From positions 6,996,448 through 7,060,447 of the forward strand of contig BDGG01000002.1 of the NCBI GenBank assembly GCA_001949185.1: 64,000 bases of DNA, read 5' to 3'. Below the pieces are notes generated by a model. That model was given only the letters and a program-made list of their open reading frames with translations. It had not been told where the DNA came from and did no database searches. The stretch comes from Ramazzottius varieornatus. Lineage: Eukaryota > Animalia > Tardigrada. Below, piece after piece: positions 39,468 to 62,700 of the stretch; the first letter of the stretch is position 1, and each line of letters starts with the position of its first letter. The translations under genes and the position numbers were made by a program.

Positions 39468-41229
39468 ATGTCAAGCCAGCAGAAAGCGCCCTCTGTCGCT
39501 TATGAAAAGCCTATTCAGCTAATCCGCGCGAACTTACCAGAAATCGGGAAGCGTGTCCGCGTTCCCTCCTACGATCCCGTGCCTCCTGGCTGCAACACCA
39601 TCGTCCACCTCAGCGTCGGTGGTTTCCATCGGGCTCATCAAGCGGTATACCTGGACGACCTTCTAGAAGCCGGAAAGACGGAGAGATGGCACTTGATTGG
39701 TGTGGGTCTTCTTCCCTTCGACATACCAGCGCGCGACGCCATGCAAGCCCAAGACTGTCTGTACACAATGGTGGAGCGTGATGCGAAAGGGGACAATGCG
39801 CGAATCATCTCTTCGATCGCCGAGTATTACTATGCGCCGGAAAAGACCCAGGAAGTCTTGTCGGCTATGATGAGCTCGACCTGCAAGATTGTCTCGATGA
39901 CCATTACCGAAGGAGGCTACTTCATCCATCAAGGGACGCATGAGTTCCACGAGGCACATCCCGATATCCAGCATGATTTGGCCAACCCTACGACGCCAAG
40001 ATCGTCGTTCGGATATATCCTGGAAGCCTTGAAACGAAGAAAAGCAGCTGGTGTTTCTCCTTTCACCATTCTGTCCTGCGATAACATGCAATGTAATGGA
40101 GACGTTACGAAAAAGATGATCACCGCTTTCGCGCATCTCGCGGATCCCGAATTGGCTACGTGGTAAGTCGTACACTTAATCCTCGAAAATATACATATGT
40201 CCATGTATTGGCCCACCAGCAGCAAGGCTCGTCAGAGGCCTACATATACCACACCGTCGCCAAATTTCGTTGGACATGGTATGCAGGTTTGTGTCGTCGG
40301 AAGCAGCAAGTAACCGCACACGGACAATGCCTAAGGAGGACTTTATGTTTGTACCGAGGTACCTGACGCAAATGTCTGCTTATTTCAGGCTGGAGAAACA
40401 TGGCGCTTTCCCGAACTGCATGGTAGATCGGATCACTCCCGCCACGACCGATGCGCACCGAGAGCTGGTAGAGAAAGAATTCGGCATCCTGGACAAATGG
40501 CCAGTCACTTGCGAGACATTCCGACAATGGGTCGTGGAGGACCATTTCCCCCTGGGAAGGCCCGCGTGGGAGACCGTCGGGACCCAAATGACTCCTGACG
40601 TCCTTCCGTATGAACTCATGAAGATCCGGCTACTGAACGCTAGCCATCAAGCTTTGTGCTACATCGGTATGCTCCTTGGTTACCGCTACGTTCCAGAAGC
40701 AATGGCGGACGCGAATATCACCAGGCTGTTGCGCCGCATGATGGACGAGGAAGTCAGTCCGCACTTACTTCCGGTTCCTGGTGTGAACCTTGAAGACTAC
40801 AAGAACACCTTGATTGAACGATTTGCTAATCCGGCTGTGAAAGATCAACTGCTAAGGATTGGTACGGAAGGGTCAGCCAGGATCCCAAAGTTTGTCTTGC
40901 CGTGTGTCAGGGATGCTTTGAAGGCGGACACCCCGGTCAAGTTCTTGTGCTTCACTATCGCTTCCTGGATCTACTACCTCGGACAACAGAACGACGAAAC
41001 ACACGAACCTCTTGGTTTCAACGACCCAATGCTAAGTGTTATTCAGCAGGCTGCAGTGCAGGGAGGAAACAGTGCGACGGCTTTGCTGAGTATCAAAGAG
41101 ATTTTCGGTACGGACCTGCTGGAAGACCCGAGAGTCTTTGGACAGGTCGACCAAATTTTGAAGTCCTTCTATGCTGTGGGCCCGAGAGCTACGTTGGCAA
41201 CCTATGTGCAACAAGGACACCGATGTTGA
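39468..41229 (+). CDS. Long-chain mannitol 2-dehydrogenase family protein (MtlK/UxuB type), 511 aa, probable horizontal acquisition
   Basis: Exons 39468-40162 and 40389-41229 (TG|gtaagt...tttcag|G). Motifs 'IVHLSVGGFHRAHQAVY', 'IVSMTITEGGY', 'PFTILSCDN', 'FPNCMVDRITP', 'WPVTCETFRQWVVED', 'PYELMKIRLLNASH', 'LIERFANPAVKDQLLRI'. Confidence 0.95.
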
Positions 41230-41396
41230 TAAATTCGTTGCTTCAAACACTGTTAATACACTGAACATAACACGCGCACTGGATATTTATTCGACGAGCG
41301 CAATACGGTGTGATGTAAACGAGATGAAATCCATGATTTTAGAACAGTAACTTCCAGCAAATTGGACACTAATTTTTTACAATGGAAGAAAAAGAA

Positions 41397-44171
41397 CTAG
41401 CTTCTGGTAGTCCCAGGGTTTCTAGACGGTACCCGCGGAGGCGGTACTGGCACGGGGGGTCGACGTGTGGTGGTATCTGGCCGCCCGACTATTCTTGTCA
41501 TAGGAAGAGCAACGCCTGGGCGTCTTGAGACAGTCCGAGAAGAGGAAGACGAGGAAGTCGAAGACGTTCTAGATGTACTTGATCGTGCGCTGAAGGGCCA
41601 TTGGCAGCACGGCGTCATGCTATAGAAGCCGGAAGTCCCACGTTTGATTAGGAAGGCAACCAGTAAAATCAAGGCTGCCGTCCCGAAACAAGAAGCTGGA
41701 ACGAAAACGCACATTATGAATGGTTTTTCGCTATATTTCCCCCAATTTTTCTTGCCTACCAATGATAGCGAAGAGCTTTGCAGTATCGACAGCTTCTTCC
41801 GGCTGCATAACGGCGGATAGCTCCGTGTGGTCATACGGCAGGGCTTCAACGTCAGCCACATTCCATATCCCCTGGTTAGGAGCGGTCGCACTAGGAAAGA
41901 CGGGCAGGAAGTCCGCGGGTAACGTGTGCTCCATCCGTCGCCTGAATAACCCTGTTGTCTTCGACGTCGATTGAGTTGAACCCATTGTAGAACTCTTGGT
42001 CGAATTAGTTGTAGATGTTACAGTTGTAGATGGCATCGTGGTAATATTACCAGGGACAGAAGTAGCTGTGGTTGTTTCGGTGGTACTCATGGTACTTCTC
42101 GGTGCGGCGTAAATGGGAAACAAACGTTCACCGTCCGGTGCCAAAATCCATTCATTTTTCGCTTCAACGCCGCTCTTACCTGTAATGGTAAAAGAACTAA
42201 CTGTGTGCCGTTCTACTGTGGACCTGATTCTGCATGGAAGTGCTGACTACGAACCTTGGGTCCTGGTTGAAAGTTCGTATTCTGACTGATGGAAAGACAA
42301 GCGACGATCTGGCAGCACTGGGGAGGTGTTAGGTCGAAGCTGAGTTCCTCGGTAGACCAAAGGATAGCTGCCTTGATGGAGCTGCACTGGTATGAGGCCG
42401 TTCTTCTGTTGGGGAGAGCCTTGTTTGTTGACGTACGGCCCATCACGGTAAAACGGGTAAGCTGTTGTCCAGATTTCTGGCGAATGCATCAAGCTCGGCA
42501 ATTCTATAAGCACAGGAAGCACCATCCGATAAACTGAAACTTTTCTTTCACAGGTTGGAATCATGATTATGAAGAATTATTCGCTTACCAGCTTCCCGTT
42601 CTAGATAAAAGTCATCCAGCGCAATATAGCCGTCACCAGGGGGCGCTCTAGTATTGATGGCCCCTTCGAAAATCAACTGTGAAAAGAGAGATTACGATAT
42701 GGAATGGTGGTTACGATCATATTTCGTAAGTTGGCGTATATAGCCCAAGATGATGGCAATATGTCAGTCACATTACCTGGAAGCTTCCTGCTTGAAGGTT
42801 GACGTGTCCTTCAGTCCAGTCAAACGACTGATGACCTGTTTTTTCCCATATAATTTGATCTGCACGTGCCAACACCTTCTTGAAGAGCGTCAGGCGACCC
42901 ACCGCGTTGCCTCGCATGTGATACCAGAAGCGCAGAGTAACATCAACAGGAGTTTCCACTCGAGGTCCAATCAACCTTGCTAACGCTTGAGCTGGACCAA
43001 AATATGGATGTTGATGCGGAGGAACGCCAGCTGCACCAGGTAGCCCCGGCACACTTCCGGTCCCGGGTGCACCCATCAGGTCATAGGGTTTTACGTCCGA
43101 ATTGGTATCCATGCCGGGCGGCTTCATTCCAGCAACACGAACCGGGTTGGGATATGCGCCAGGGTACTACAGTCAGAAAATATGAGATACGTGGATAAGG
43201 TTTCAAGAGATCGTGAACGTGTGAAGACTCTTACCCTGTTCAGTGGATTTTCAGTGGGGTATTGTGGATACGAAGGGTAGCTGGGTGCCTGATGGCTGTT
43301 ATAGTGGGAGTTGTAGCCACCAATCTGCCCGCCATAGTATGAGCTGACTTGAGAGGCAGCGATAAGTGGGGCTGCAACAGGCGATTTGGAGAGCGGAAGT
43401 GAGGTTGTCGGGGTGTACGACTGGGTCAAAACAGGCTGAAGAGGTTGCCGCAAAGGTTGCCGCAAAGGTCCGATGGACGGATGATGCATCAGCCTAGACG
43501 CGATACCCATCTGAGCCGCCAGAAGCTCGTCAGGCTCCGGAGGATCATAGTTATCCAGGGCGTCCGGGTCCATTATGGGGCGTCGGTAGTCTGCGCCATC
43601 CAGAAACAGGTAGAAGCCGACTACAAATGAACATTATTGGTAAAGGCTGCACCAGTGCATCTTTGACAGCCCAAAATACAGGCTGCAATGATAAGGACAA
43701 AAGCTTTATCGGGAAACTTACAGGCGTCTTTGCCGGGCGTGTGATCTCCTGCAACCTTGTAATGTCCCGTTCCGCCAGGTCCGCGATGGCGTTTCCAGTC
43801 AATCTGGTCAGCTGGAGATGTTTCTTGCGTCCATCCACATAAGCTCCTGAATTCAAGCGTATAACGGCATACCATCCAATTTGCGAGGCAGCGAAAGGGC
43901 AATCTTTTTCCCTACCAATAAATATTATTACTAATAGCTCACCATTCAAAATCGCAGGTTGTGGATAATCCCATAGTATCGACATTATAACGTGACGGAC
44001 TCCGGCCGGCATTCTGGGATGAGACTTCCTTGAGCAAAGTATCCAAAAGAATTCCTACAAGAGACCAATTATTGACGACGGCCTTATCTCCAAAAAGTAC
44101 AATGCCAACAGAAAGTACAAACCTAATAATGCAGTGATGGGCAAAGTTACGAAGATGGCTTCCATTTGCAT
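41397..44171 (-). CDS. Single-pass membrane protein with a MAM domain and a Thr-rich mucin-like stalk
   Basis: MAM motifs 'LCGWTQ...DQIDWKRHRG...DHT', 'GFYLFLD', 'ARLIGP', 'LRFWYHMRG', 'WEKTGHQSFDW', 'LIFEG', 'YIALDDFYL'; TM 'LFAIIASCFGTAALILLVAFLI'; Ser/Arg/Pro-rich tail. The 5' exons are tentative. Confidence 0.8.
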
Positions 44172-44793
44172 AGACTGCCTTCCGACATTGACCATAATGT
44201 GCGGAAGAAGCTGTTACCGGTGTGTGGTCAATTTACATTGGGATACGCTACGAACCATCTTTGGAACAATCGTGCACGAACTCGGACTGTGGCTGTCGCG
44301 GATGTCCGCGAGAGAAACTCATTACTGTCTTAAACACATGGTCGCGAAACGAGATAGAAACCGACACCACAATCACGGTAACCTTGTCAATCAACTGTCA
44401 GCTATTTCCGCGTATCTTGAGGTGGTGTATCATGTGAACGACTCTGACATGAACAACAGCTTTACTTCTAGTCAACATCTCACAAATAAAAGTCACCAAA
44501 TTCATATAAAACGATAAAAATAGAAACGTGTCCAACTAACTAGCTTTTTGTCGTATTGTGGAGTAGGTCATCGAAATCGAATAGACGAGGAGAGCATGAA
44601 GAAAGGTTGGGAGTATAAAGACAAATAAATGCGTTCCAACAAGAAGGGCAGTGTTCAACCGGAACATGACTGAAATGGCAGCTTCTTCGCCCTCACTAGC
44701 GCAAGTTATGCCCTTTCTGCTGTTGCGACATTTGTGTTGACTGCGCAATCCACCAAAAAAATGCAATAAAAATGAGCAATGCTTTCTCTTCCT

Positions 44794-54811
<10,018 letters not shown>

Positions 54812-56754
54812 ATCAGCTAGGCTTTCGCAAGTGCTGGAAAGTCCTTTGAGTCGCACCATTGTCCAGCAAGAAATAGCAAACGATAATTAGAGGGCTGCTG
54901 GGCGAACAAGCGGACCTGACCTCATAGTCAGCCTGGCCGCAAACAGCACGCCCAAAGATAGAGATTCCCTGTTAGTCGTCCGATGCGGTATCTTCTTTGG
55001 CGAGTCCTCCACTGAAGAAGCAAGCGGCAGAACGAGTCCGCCGACGTAATTACCAGCCGCGAAGAAATATTCTGCAGCTGCCTGGATGCAAGAATGAGAA
55101 AGCGTACAGTAGAGTTCCTTTCAAAGAAATGCTACAGTATCTTCGGCAAAGTGGAAGAACCTAATGGCTCTCTGCGGCATGCACGCAGGCAAAAAGTGTA
55201 GCCGCTACTGTATTCATATCTGTGGTAGTTGACTCCTCCTCGTCCTGCCTCGCGCTCATAAACGATGCAAAACAAAAATAGCTGTCATCATTGCAAAGAC
55301 ACAAGAAAATTGAGAGAAACTGGTCCTTGGTCGGAGCTAGCTTCCACAAGTTACATTTAAAGATCTAGGGACTAAGACATGGTCACAGACATGGATGGAG
55401 GCGAAGCATAAGCAGAGCAACATGTGCAGCCATGGCCGCTGATGGTTGCCTTTAGTATACATAACAGGCTCCAGACAGATGCTGGCAGTTTACAGTAGCT
55501 GCCTAATGATCAAGCTTGCAACGGAAGATGTTCCAGCTGAAATCACATCTTTTTAAGACAGTGCTCTACTTTTAGAGATGCAGATGAAGAAGAGGCCGGC
55601 TAGCGAAAAGGCATCGCGGACAGAAGCCAATGCTTGATGTATATAGTGGAGAAGATGTTCAGCTTCCTCGTCCGAAGTTAAAGCCTTCCGCGAATCGAAT
55701 CACTTCGAGAGATGTACTGTAGAACAGATATTGCAACAGTCTCAAAACTGCTCGAAACCTTCTTTGCCTATCTCTCCGGCTTCAGATGTATCCACCCAGC
55801 TTGTCCATATCTCTGTCAAAACAACTTTGTCAGAGAACGTAAACGCACATTACCTTATCCGCCCTCTTGTTAGATAAAAGAAACAATCATGTCGGGGCGG
55901 CGAAACAGCCAAGAGTCCCATCACAACAACCAAGAACCCATACACATTTACTTCCTTGTTGCTTTCCCATCACTGAAAAAACTTCTCCTCTTCCTATTCG
56001 GGAAAGTGCATTCCGTAGCATGTTGTACCGCCCATCTCTAACATGCCGTACGTAGCAATTTTTCCGGAAAGAATTTAAGCGGTAGACGAAGCCAAAGCTA
56101 AAGCTCAGTCACCATTGTAAACAGAAGGAGCTAGTAGCCAGTGGGCAAAACAAAGAAGTTTTATAGTGATAAAGTTAAGTACTTGATAAAGCAGATTGAT
56201 CTGTTTGCATATCGGCGGTCAATGTCAACGCTATGCGTGTTTTGCACGGATGAAGGCTTGTTGACACAGCAAATTAACCTGTTGCTCCACTGCGAATTCT
56301 GAAATGTGAGGCGATCGTCTACGGTTCCTGGTACGTCTACGGTACAAAGCAAGCCTATCGACGTCGTGAACGGAAAAACCCATACGACAAAAGAAAGTGT
56401 GGATTTTTACACGCAACACGCAGGAAAAACTCAACGTTGAAAAACTAAAATGATGAAAAGTAGAAGGAAGTCGTTCAGATCCAGTCCGTACGGAGATTAT
56501 AAAACTTAATCATTTTGAAAACCAAAAAAAACTCCGTTGGCAAATCACAGCAAAAACTAAGCTGCCATGGCACGAATGTGGTGAAGGGAAGAGGTATAGT
56601 TTTCAAAACGATAACATCTTTTTCTTTCGGATGAATAGAAAACATCGTTGTGTGGTCTATCGATCAATGAAATAATTAATACATACTATCACGATTGGAA
56701 TGAGCGCGACTTGGTCAATCGTTGATCATCGTCTGCTTGGTCCATACCCACGAT

Positions 56755-59700
56755 TCACGCGTCAGTAGAACTGTCTTCCACCACCAGCTTCACCTTATCA
56801 TGGGTCGGAAGGCCGGGGTCGGACGGAGTAGGGTCTAAGGCAGTAGTTCGTGGACGGGGATGAACCTTGGAAATTGTGGCACTGCTTGAAGGCGCCAACA
56901 CTGCTGATGAAGGCTCTGTAAAATGAAACTCCATAATCGTTCGGCGCTGATCGACCCCCCCCCCCAACACCATAACAGATGAAAGTATGAACGATGAAAG
57001 TACATACCAGCAATGTTAGAAAGAGGTTGGGGTTCGTACGACATGGCACGTCGGACTTCATCGGGATTGGAAGCGGCAAGCTCAGCTTGGGCTTCCAGGT
57101 TCGCCGTTGCTTCGTACATTGGGTTTGTGAAGTTAGATTTGCCGCGGTGAAATTCAGCAGGCAATGGAGTCTATGGAAAATAGGGGGTTGGTTACAAGTC
57201 CCTTCCTGTTTCATGATGTAGCTGGGAGGACTTACCATTTGTGCTTCGTCTCCATTGAAACCAGATCCGCCAAACTCGACGTTGGTTCCACTGCGGAATG
57301 CAACAGGTCCGGTGTTGGTGAAGCCTTTGTTCTTCAGGTCTCTTCTCTTGTAGTACATGAAACCAGCCAGGAGAAGACCGATGGCGATCAGGATGAGCAG
57401 AATAGGAATAACGACAGCTGCTGCATCTTTAAAAAAAATATCGAAAAGTTATTTCTCCGTTCACCGAAGGACTGGCTCGCTGGAGCTGAGTTGACTAAAC
57501 TCACTTATGCTCGGAGCAGGTAAGAAGACTCCACTTGCAGCAACGTTCTCACATGAGTATCCAGCCACACCGGGAGGGCAAACGCAGGTGACCTGAAGAA
57601 AAATTACCGAGTTAGAACCTGACAGGAATCTGGGCGATGGATGGAGAAAGCTCTGTTACATTTCCGTTGTCGGTCAGCTGGCAGTATCCATTATGTTCGC
57701 ATCGGCATCGCAAAGGTGGCGCTTTCATCTGGACGAACGCCGCATCACAGCGCTGCCTCAGTGAATCTCCCGCAATCCATCTTGACCCATCAGGGCATCC
57801 ACAGACATATCCATTCGGCGTGATCAGACAAAGATGCGAACACGGGTTACTTCCGGGTGCACAGGGGCTAACCAGCGACGTGTTGTAATACTGTTTCTGG
57901 TAGATCTTGATATCGTTCGACACACCCAGCTTCGTCTGCACCAGCTGCTTGGTCCCTTCTCCGAACTTGTTCTGTCGGTAGATGGTTCCGGTGTCTCGCG
58001 TCAACCAGTACAGCCATTGTTCAAAGACATCAAGTCGGACAGGGCGACCCAGGTCTTCTCTAAGGACCACCCGGCGATCACTTCCGTCGTAGGCAGCGGA
58101 CTCGATGATATTCTCCTTGGGATCCGCCCAGTAGATTCGGCCGTTATTGTAGTAATCAATGGTCAAGCCAGTAGGATGAGCCAGCCTAGAGTCGACAATC
58201 ACCCTAGCGTTCGAACCGTCCATCCATGCCGCCATGATGCGTGGTCGCGCTCCGATCATGGTCCAGTAGATCAAGCCTCGTCTGGGGTTAACTACTATTG
58301 CGGCGGGTTTCGAGGTGGCATCCACGAACAAAGTCTTCTGGTAGCGTCCATCCAAGGCGGCTACGTAGACGATGCCGCCGTTCGCACCATCGGCGAAGGC
58401 CACATCGCGACGCGTTCGAGGGCGTCCATCGGTCCAGTAGAGGTTACCGCCAACCCAGTCGACAGCCAGACCATTCGGCTTGTTGACGGTGGGGATGTCG
58501 AGGACTTGTGAATGTCCACTGCGGGCTTCCGAGTCGGGATGAGGAATGTAAGAGCGTTTGATGACTCGATCGTTCGTATCCGCCCAGTAGACCACATCTG
58601 CAGCACAATCGCTAAATTACGATGTACATTGATATTACGGGATTCTGTTATTGTGATTTATGGTACCTTTGGTAATATCGTAGTCGATGGCGTTGATACG
58701 ACTTTCGTTCCCGACGACGCTGTCATAAGCACCAGTGCCAGCCCGGTTGATCTTGAAGGACCGAATCTCGTTTCCGTTAGCCAGGAACATGTGTGGGAAA
58801 TCTTGCGCTATGCAGTTATTGCCGCTTGGTGTGAACCCAGGATAGCATCCGCATGTGAAACTACCCTTCGTGCTGATACAAATCTGAGAGCAATTATTCA
58901 GCTTCGAGAAGGCACACTCGTCCAGGTCGATACAAGACTTGTGGTCAATGGGCGATACCACGAAACCATCTGTACAGGAGCAGTAGAAACCGTTGGGCAG
59001 GTCGGTACATTGCTGCAGACATCCGCCATTGCTCTCTTTGCAGCTCTTGACGGCTGAATTTTTGTCAGCTGTAAAACAAGAATGAAATTTGGTTGAAACT
59101 AATGCATGAAAGGTTTCACGATGTAAAAAACGTACCGCATCCGTCTTCGTCGGCAGCTTCTGGGCAGTCTCGCGTACCATCACAGACCTTCTCTGGGGCG
59201 ATACAACTTCCGTCCTTGCATTTGAAGTCGGTTTCTTGGCATGTAGTTCTAAAGCGGGCTCCGCAGAATGTTCTTTCTTCGTCTGCGTTATCACCACAAT
59301 GGTTCGTGCCGTCGCACAGACGGTACTTCGGAATGCATTTGCCGTTACCACAGAGGAACTTGTCTGGTTGGAACTGGCAAGCTGGCTGGAGCATTGTACA
59401 GGCCTTAGTGGTCTCATCGGACCCGTCACCGCAATCGTCATCGCCTAAATGGAACCCATGTTGGACCAAGATGGTTGTGATTGTTAACATCAGACATACC
59501 GTCGCATTGCCAGTTGGGGTTGATGCAGATGCCGTTGGTACAGGCAAATCGATTGGCCGGGCAGGAGATCGACGGGTTGATGGAAGTGCAGTTAGACTCG
59601 TCCGAGTTGTCCAGACAGTCTCGGTCGCCATCGCAGACGAAGCGTCGAGAAATACAATGGCCACTGGTGCATTTGAACTGATCGGCAGTGCAGCGGAAGT

Positions 59701-62700
59701 TGGTGCAGTTTTGTTCGTCGGAAAGATCGCCGCAGTCTAAAACATCCGAGGTATGAGCAGCTCATAGTCGGCCGATGAAGTCCTAGTGAATGACTTACCA
59801 TTGTCTGCATCGCACACCCATCGCGCTTGGATGCACCGTCCATTCGTACACTTGAACTCCATCTCGGAGCACTCTCGGTAACCTCTGCTTTTACATAAAG
59901 TTGCGTCTTCGTCGGATCGATCACCGCAGTCGTCCTGGAAGTCGCAAGTCCAGCGTTGGGGTATGCACTTCCGGTTGCGACACTGGAATTCACCGCGAGA
60001 CGAGCAGTTGGGGCAGTTTTGCGGCATTTCGTCCCAGCCATCTCGGCAGTCCTAACAAGAGAAGTAATCGTTAAAAATATAGTGTTAAAAAGAATACTTA
60101 CAAGTTAGTTAAGTTTTGAAAGTCCGGTCGGTTAATATAAATCTTACCTGCTTGCCGTCACAGATATGCCAGTTTGGAATGCACCGGTAGTTGATAGCCG
60201 ATCCTTGACAGCGACTCCAGCCAGCCGGACATGTTCTATTCCTACACTGCCCAGGTGGTTCATCCGAGCCGTCGGCGCAGTCCGTGTCGAAATCGCAGAA
60301 CCAAGACCTCGGAATACATCTTCCGGTGGATTTGCACTTAAACTCGGTATCCGGGTCGCAGCTCTTGGCTTTGCAGACCGTGGGACTTTCATCCGACGCA
60401 TCACCACAATCGTCGTCCCCTGGAAAATTTAAAAAATTCAGTATATTATCTTAGTCTTAGCTTTCTACATTGGGGAATGAGATTTACCGTCGCAAGTCCA
60501 TCCACGTGGGATACATCGTCCAGTTCGAGCGCACTTAAACTGCCACTGATCACAAGGCACATTACAGTTCGCCTCGTCTGAGTTGTCGCCGCAATCATCT
60601 TTTCCATCACACATGAACAAGGGTAAAGTACAGTTGCCATTTTGACACTGGAACTGACCCGGAAGACATCGTCGAACTGGGCATGTGGCGCCCTCGTCCG
60701 ACCCGTCAGCACAGTCCTTTTCGCCGTCACACTTCCATAAGAGAGGAATGCACTTCTCATCAGGCCTACCACATCGGAACTGGTTGGCACTGCAGTTGGC
60801 TACACAAGTGTGGTCATCAGGCAACAGCCCGAAGTTGGTGGGACAAGCGCAACGGTAGGACACGGTGGAATCGTAGACACCGGGAGACAAAAGACATAAG
60901 TGAGAGCATCCAGCGTTCTTCTCCTCGCAAGGATTAGGGTACGCTGGCTGCTTCGACTTATGCCAGATACCCAGATCATATGGCCGATGGGTGGTGTTGC
61001 GGATGATGGTACCGTTCTTGTCGGTGAACATCTTGGCTTTCAGGACGGCTTGGAAGTTCCAGTCGGTAAAGTAGATGTAACCGTCTAGTGTACTCAGGGA
61101 GAAGACGTGGGGAACCACCTGAGTACCACTCAGAACCTGCACCAACAGACTTTCGTGTCAACTTATTTTGCCGCAGGATGTTGAGAAGCAGATGTACCTT
61201 TTGGCGGTTGTTTCCTTCCATATCGGACATTTCGATGACGTTCAAGTGAGCATCAGCCCATACAAGTTTGTTGGTGATATAGTCGATCGTGATAGCGTTG
61301 GGCCATCCCAGCTTCTCCATAATCAACCGCTTGAACATGGTGCCGTCCATACCGATGCGTGCGATAAAGGGCGTCAAGCCCCAATCGGTGAAATATACGT
61401 ACCTAAAAAACAAACAAAATTATATTGCAACAGTCTGAGCTAAGAAAAAATAAGCAACTGCAGAACGTTTTAAGGTCAAAAAACGAATAGCGTGATCAGT
61501 TTTCAAGCACCTGCATGCAAGGTCAACATTGGAAATGTATGACTTCATGTATGTAGGAACATGAAAAACGGGCCCACCATCCTTCCTCGTAGGCCATAAA
61601 ATTTGATCAAGAAAGCTTACCCAGTTCCGGGGTGTACAGCAACAGATCTTGGTTCACTAAGCCCGCTACGCAGTAAAGTCATACGACCAGTTCCGTTAAG
61701 TTCCGCAACGGCCAGTTCTTTGACAACGCGATCCGCCCAGTACATCTTCTTGCCTATCCAGTCAATCGCCAGACCTTCTAGCCCATTGACTTGATGGCGC
61801 ACCAGCACTTCCTGTGAAGTATTCGGACTACTGATATTCAACCTGACTATCCTTCGTGTCTCCACATCCGCGTAGTAGATCCTGCCCTCAGCAATATCGA
61901 AGTCGATGGCGACGACGTTTCTTAGCTCGCTCTTGACCACTCGCAGAAACTTGCCGTCGGTCGTCAGGTTGCGGATGTAGTATCGGTTACTGAAGATCAG
62001 CCAAGGTTCATCGTTGTCGGTTCGCTTGCAGCTCTTGCCGTCGTTCATGCTTTGATAGTAGGTGGTGTTACATTTGCAGATGTAGGAACCTGGGGTGTTG
62101 AAGCAGTACTGATCACAAGCTCCTGGCACCTCCAAGCACTCGTTGACGTCGCGGCAAGCTTTCTTGTCTGCCATGAGTGTGTACCCAGCGTTACACGCGC
62201 ACTTGTAGCCCAGCTTCTGATTGATGCAAATCTGACCACATTGGTTCTCTTCGATGTGGAGACATTCGTTGATGGGCTTGTGGCAGCGATTGGGGTTCTC
62301 CGGTGACTCGTCACTGGAGTCGTTGCAGTTTGGCTTACCGTCACAAACCAGAGCTTCGGATATGCAAGCTCCATCTTTACACTGCCACTCGCCAGTGGCG
62401 CACTCTGTTTGTGTGCAGTTCGCCTCGTCGCTGTTATCTCTGCAGTCCTGGTCTCCATCACATTTCCAGTCTTTGGGAATGCATCGTCCCGATGAACAAG
62501 CAACCTGGTTGACTTCGCAAGGTTTGTACTGGCATTGAGCTCCCTCGTCCGAATTATCCCCTGAATATCAGCATATCGTCTACTAGGTGGGAATGAACGA
62601 GAGCCAAAGAAAAACTCAACCAGGTTGTTTTCCCAAAAGGGCGCAGTGTCCAACCAATTTCAAGTGCGCCGCTTGAGGGAAAGCGACTTGGTTGCCATAT

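Noticed and set aside
39369-41229. Two separate dehydrogenase ORFs, or a bacterial contaminant
   Set aside because: A canonical intron (40163-40388) joins them in frame, and both neighbours are intron-containing animal genes within a few hundred bp.
42633-42648. CTCF-like motif TCACCAGGGGGCGCT
   Set aside because: It lies in a coding exon of the MAM gene (RAPPGD) and is explained by codons.
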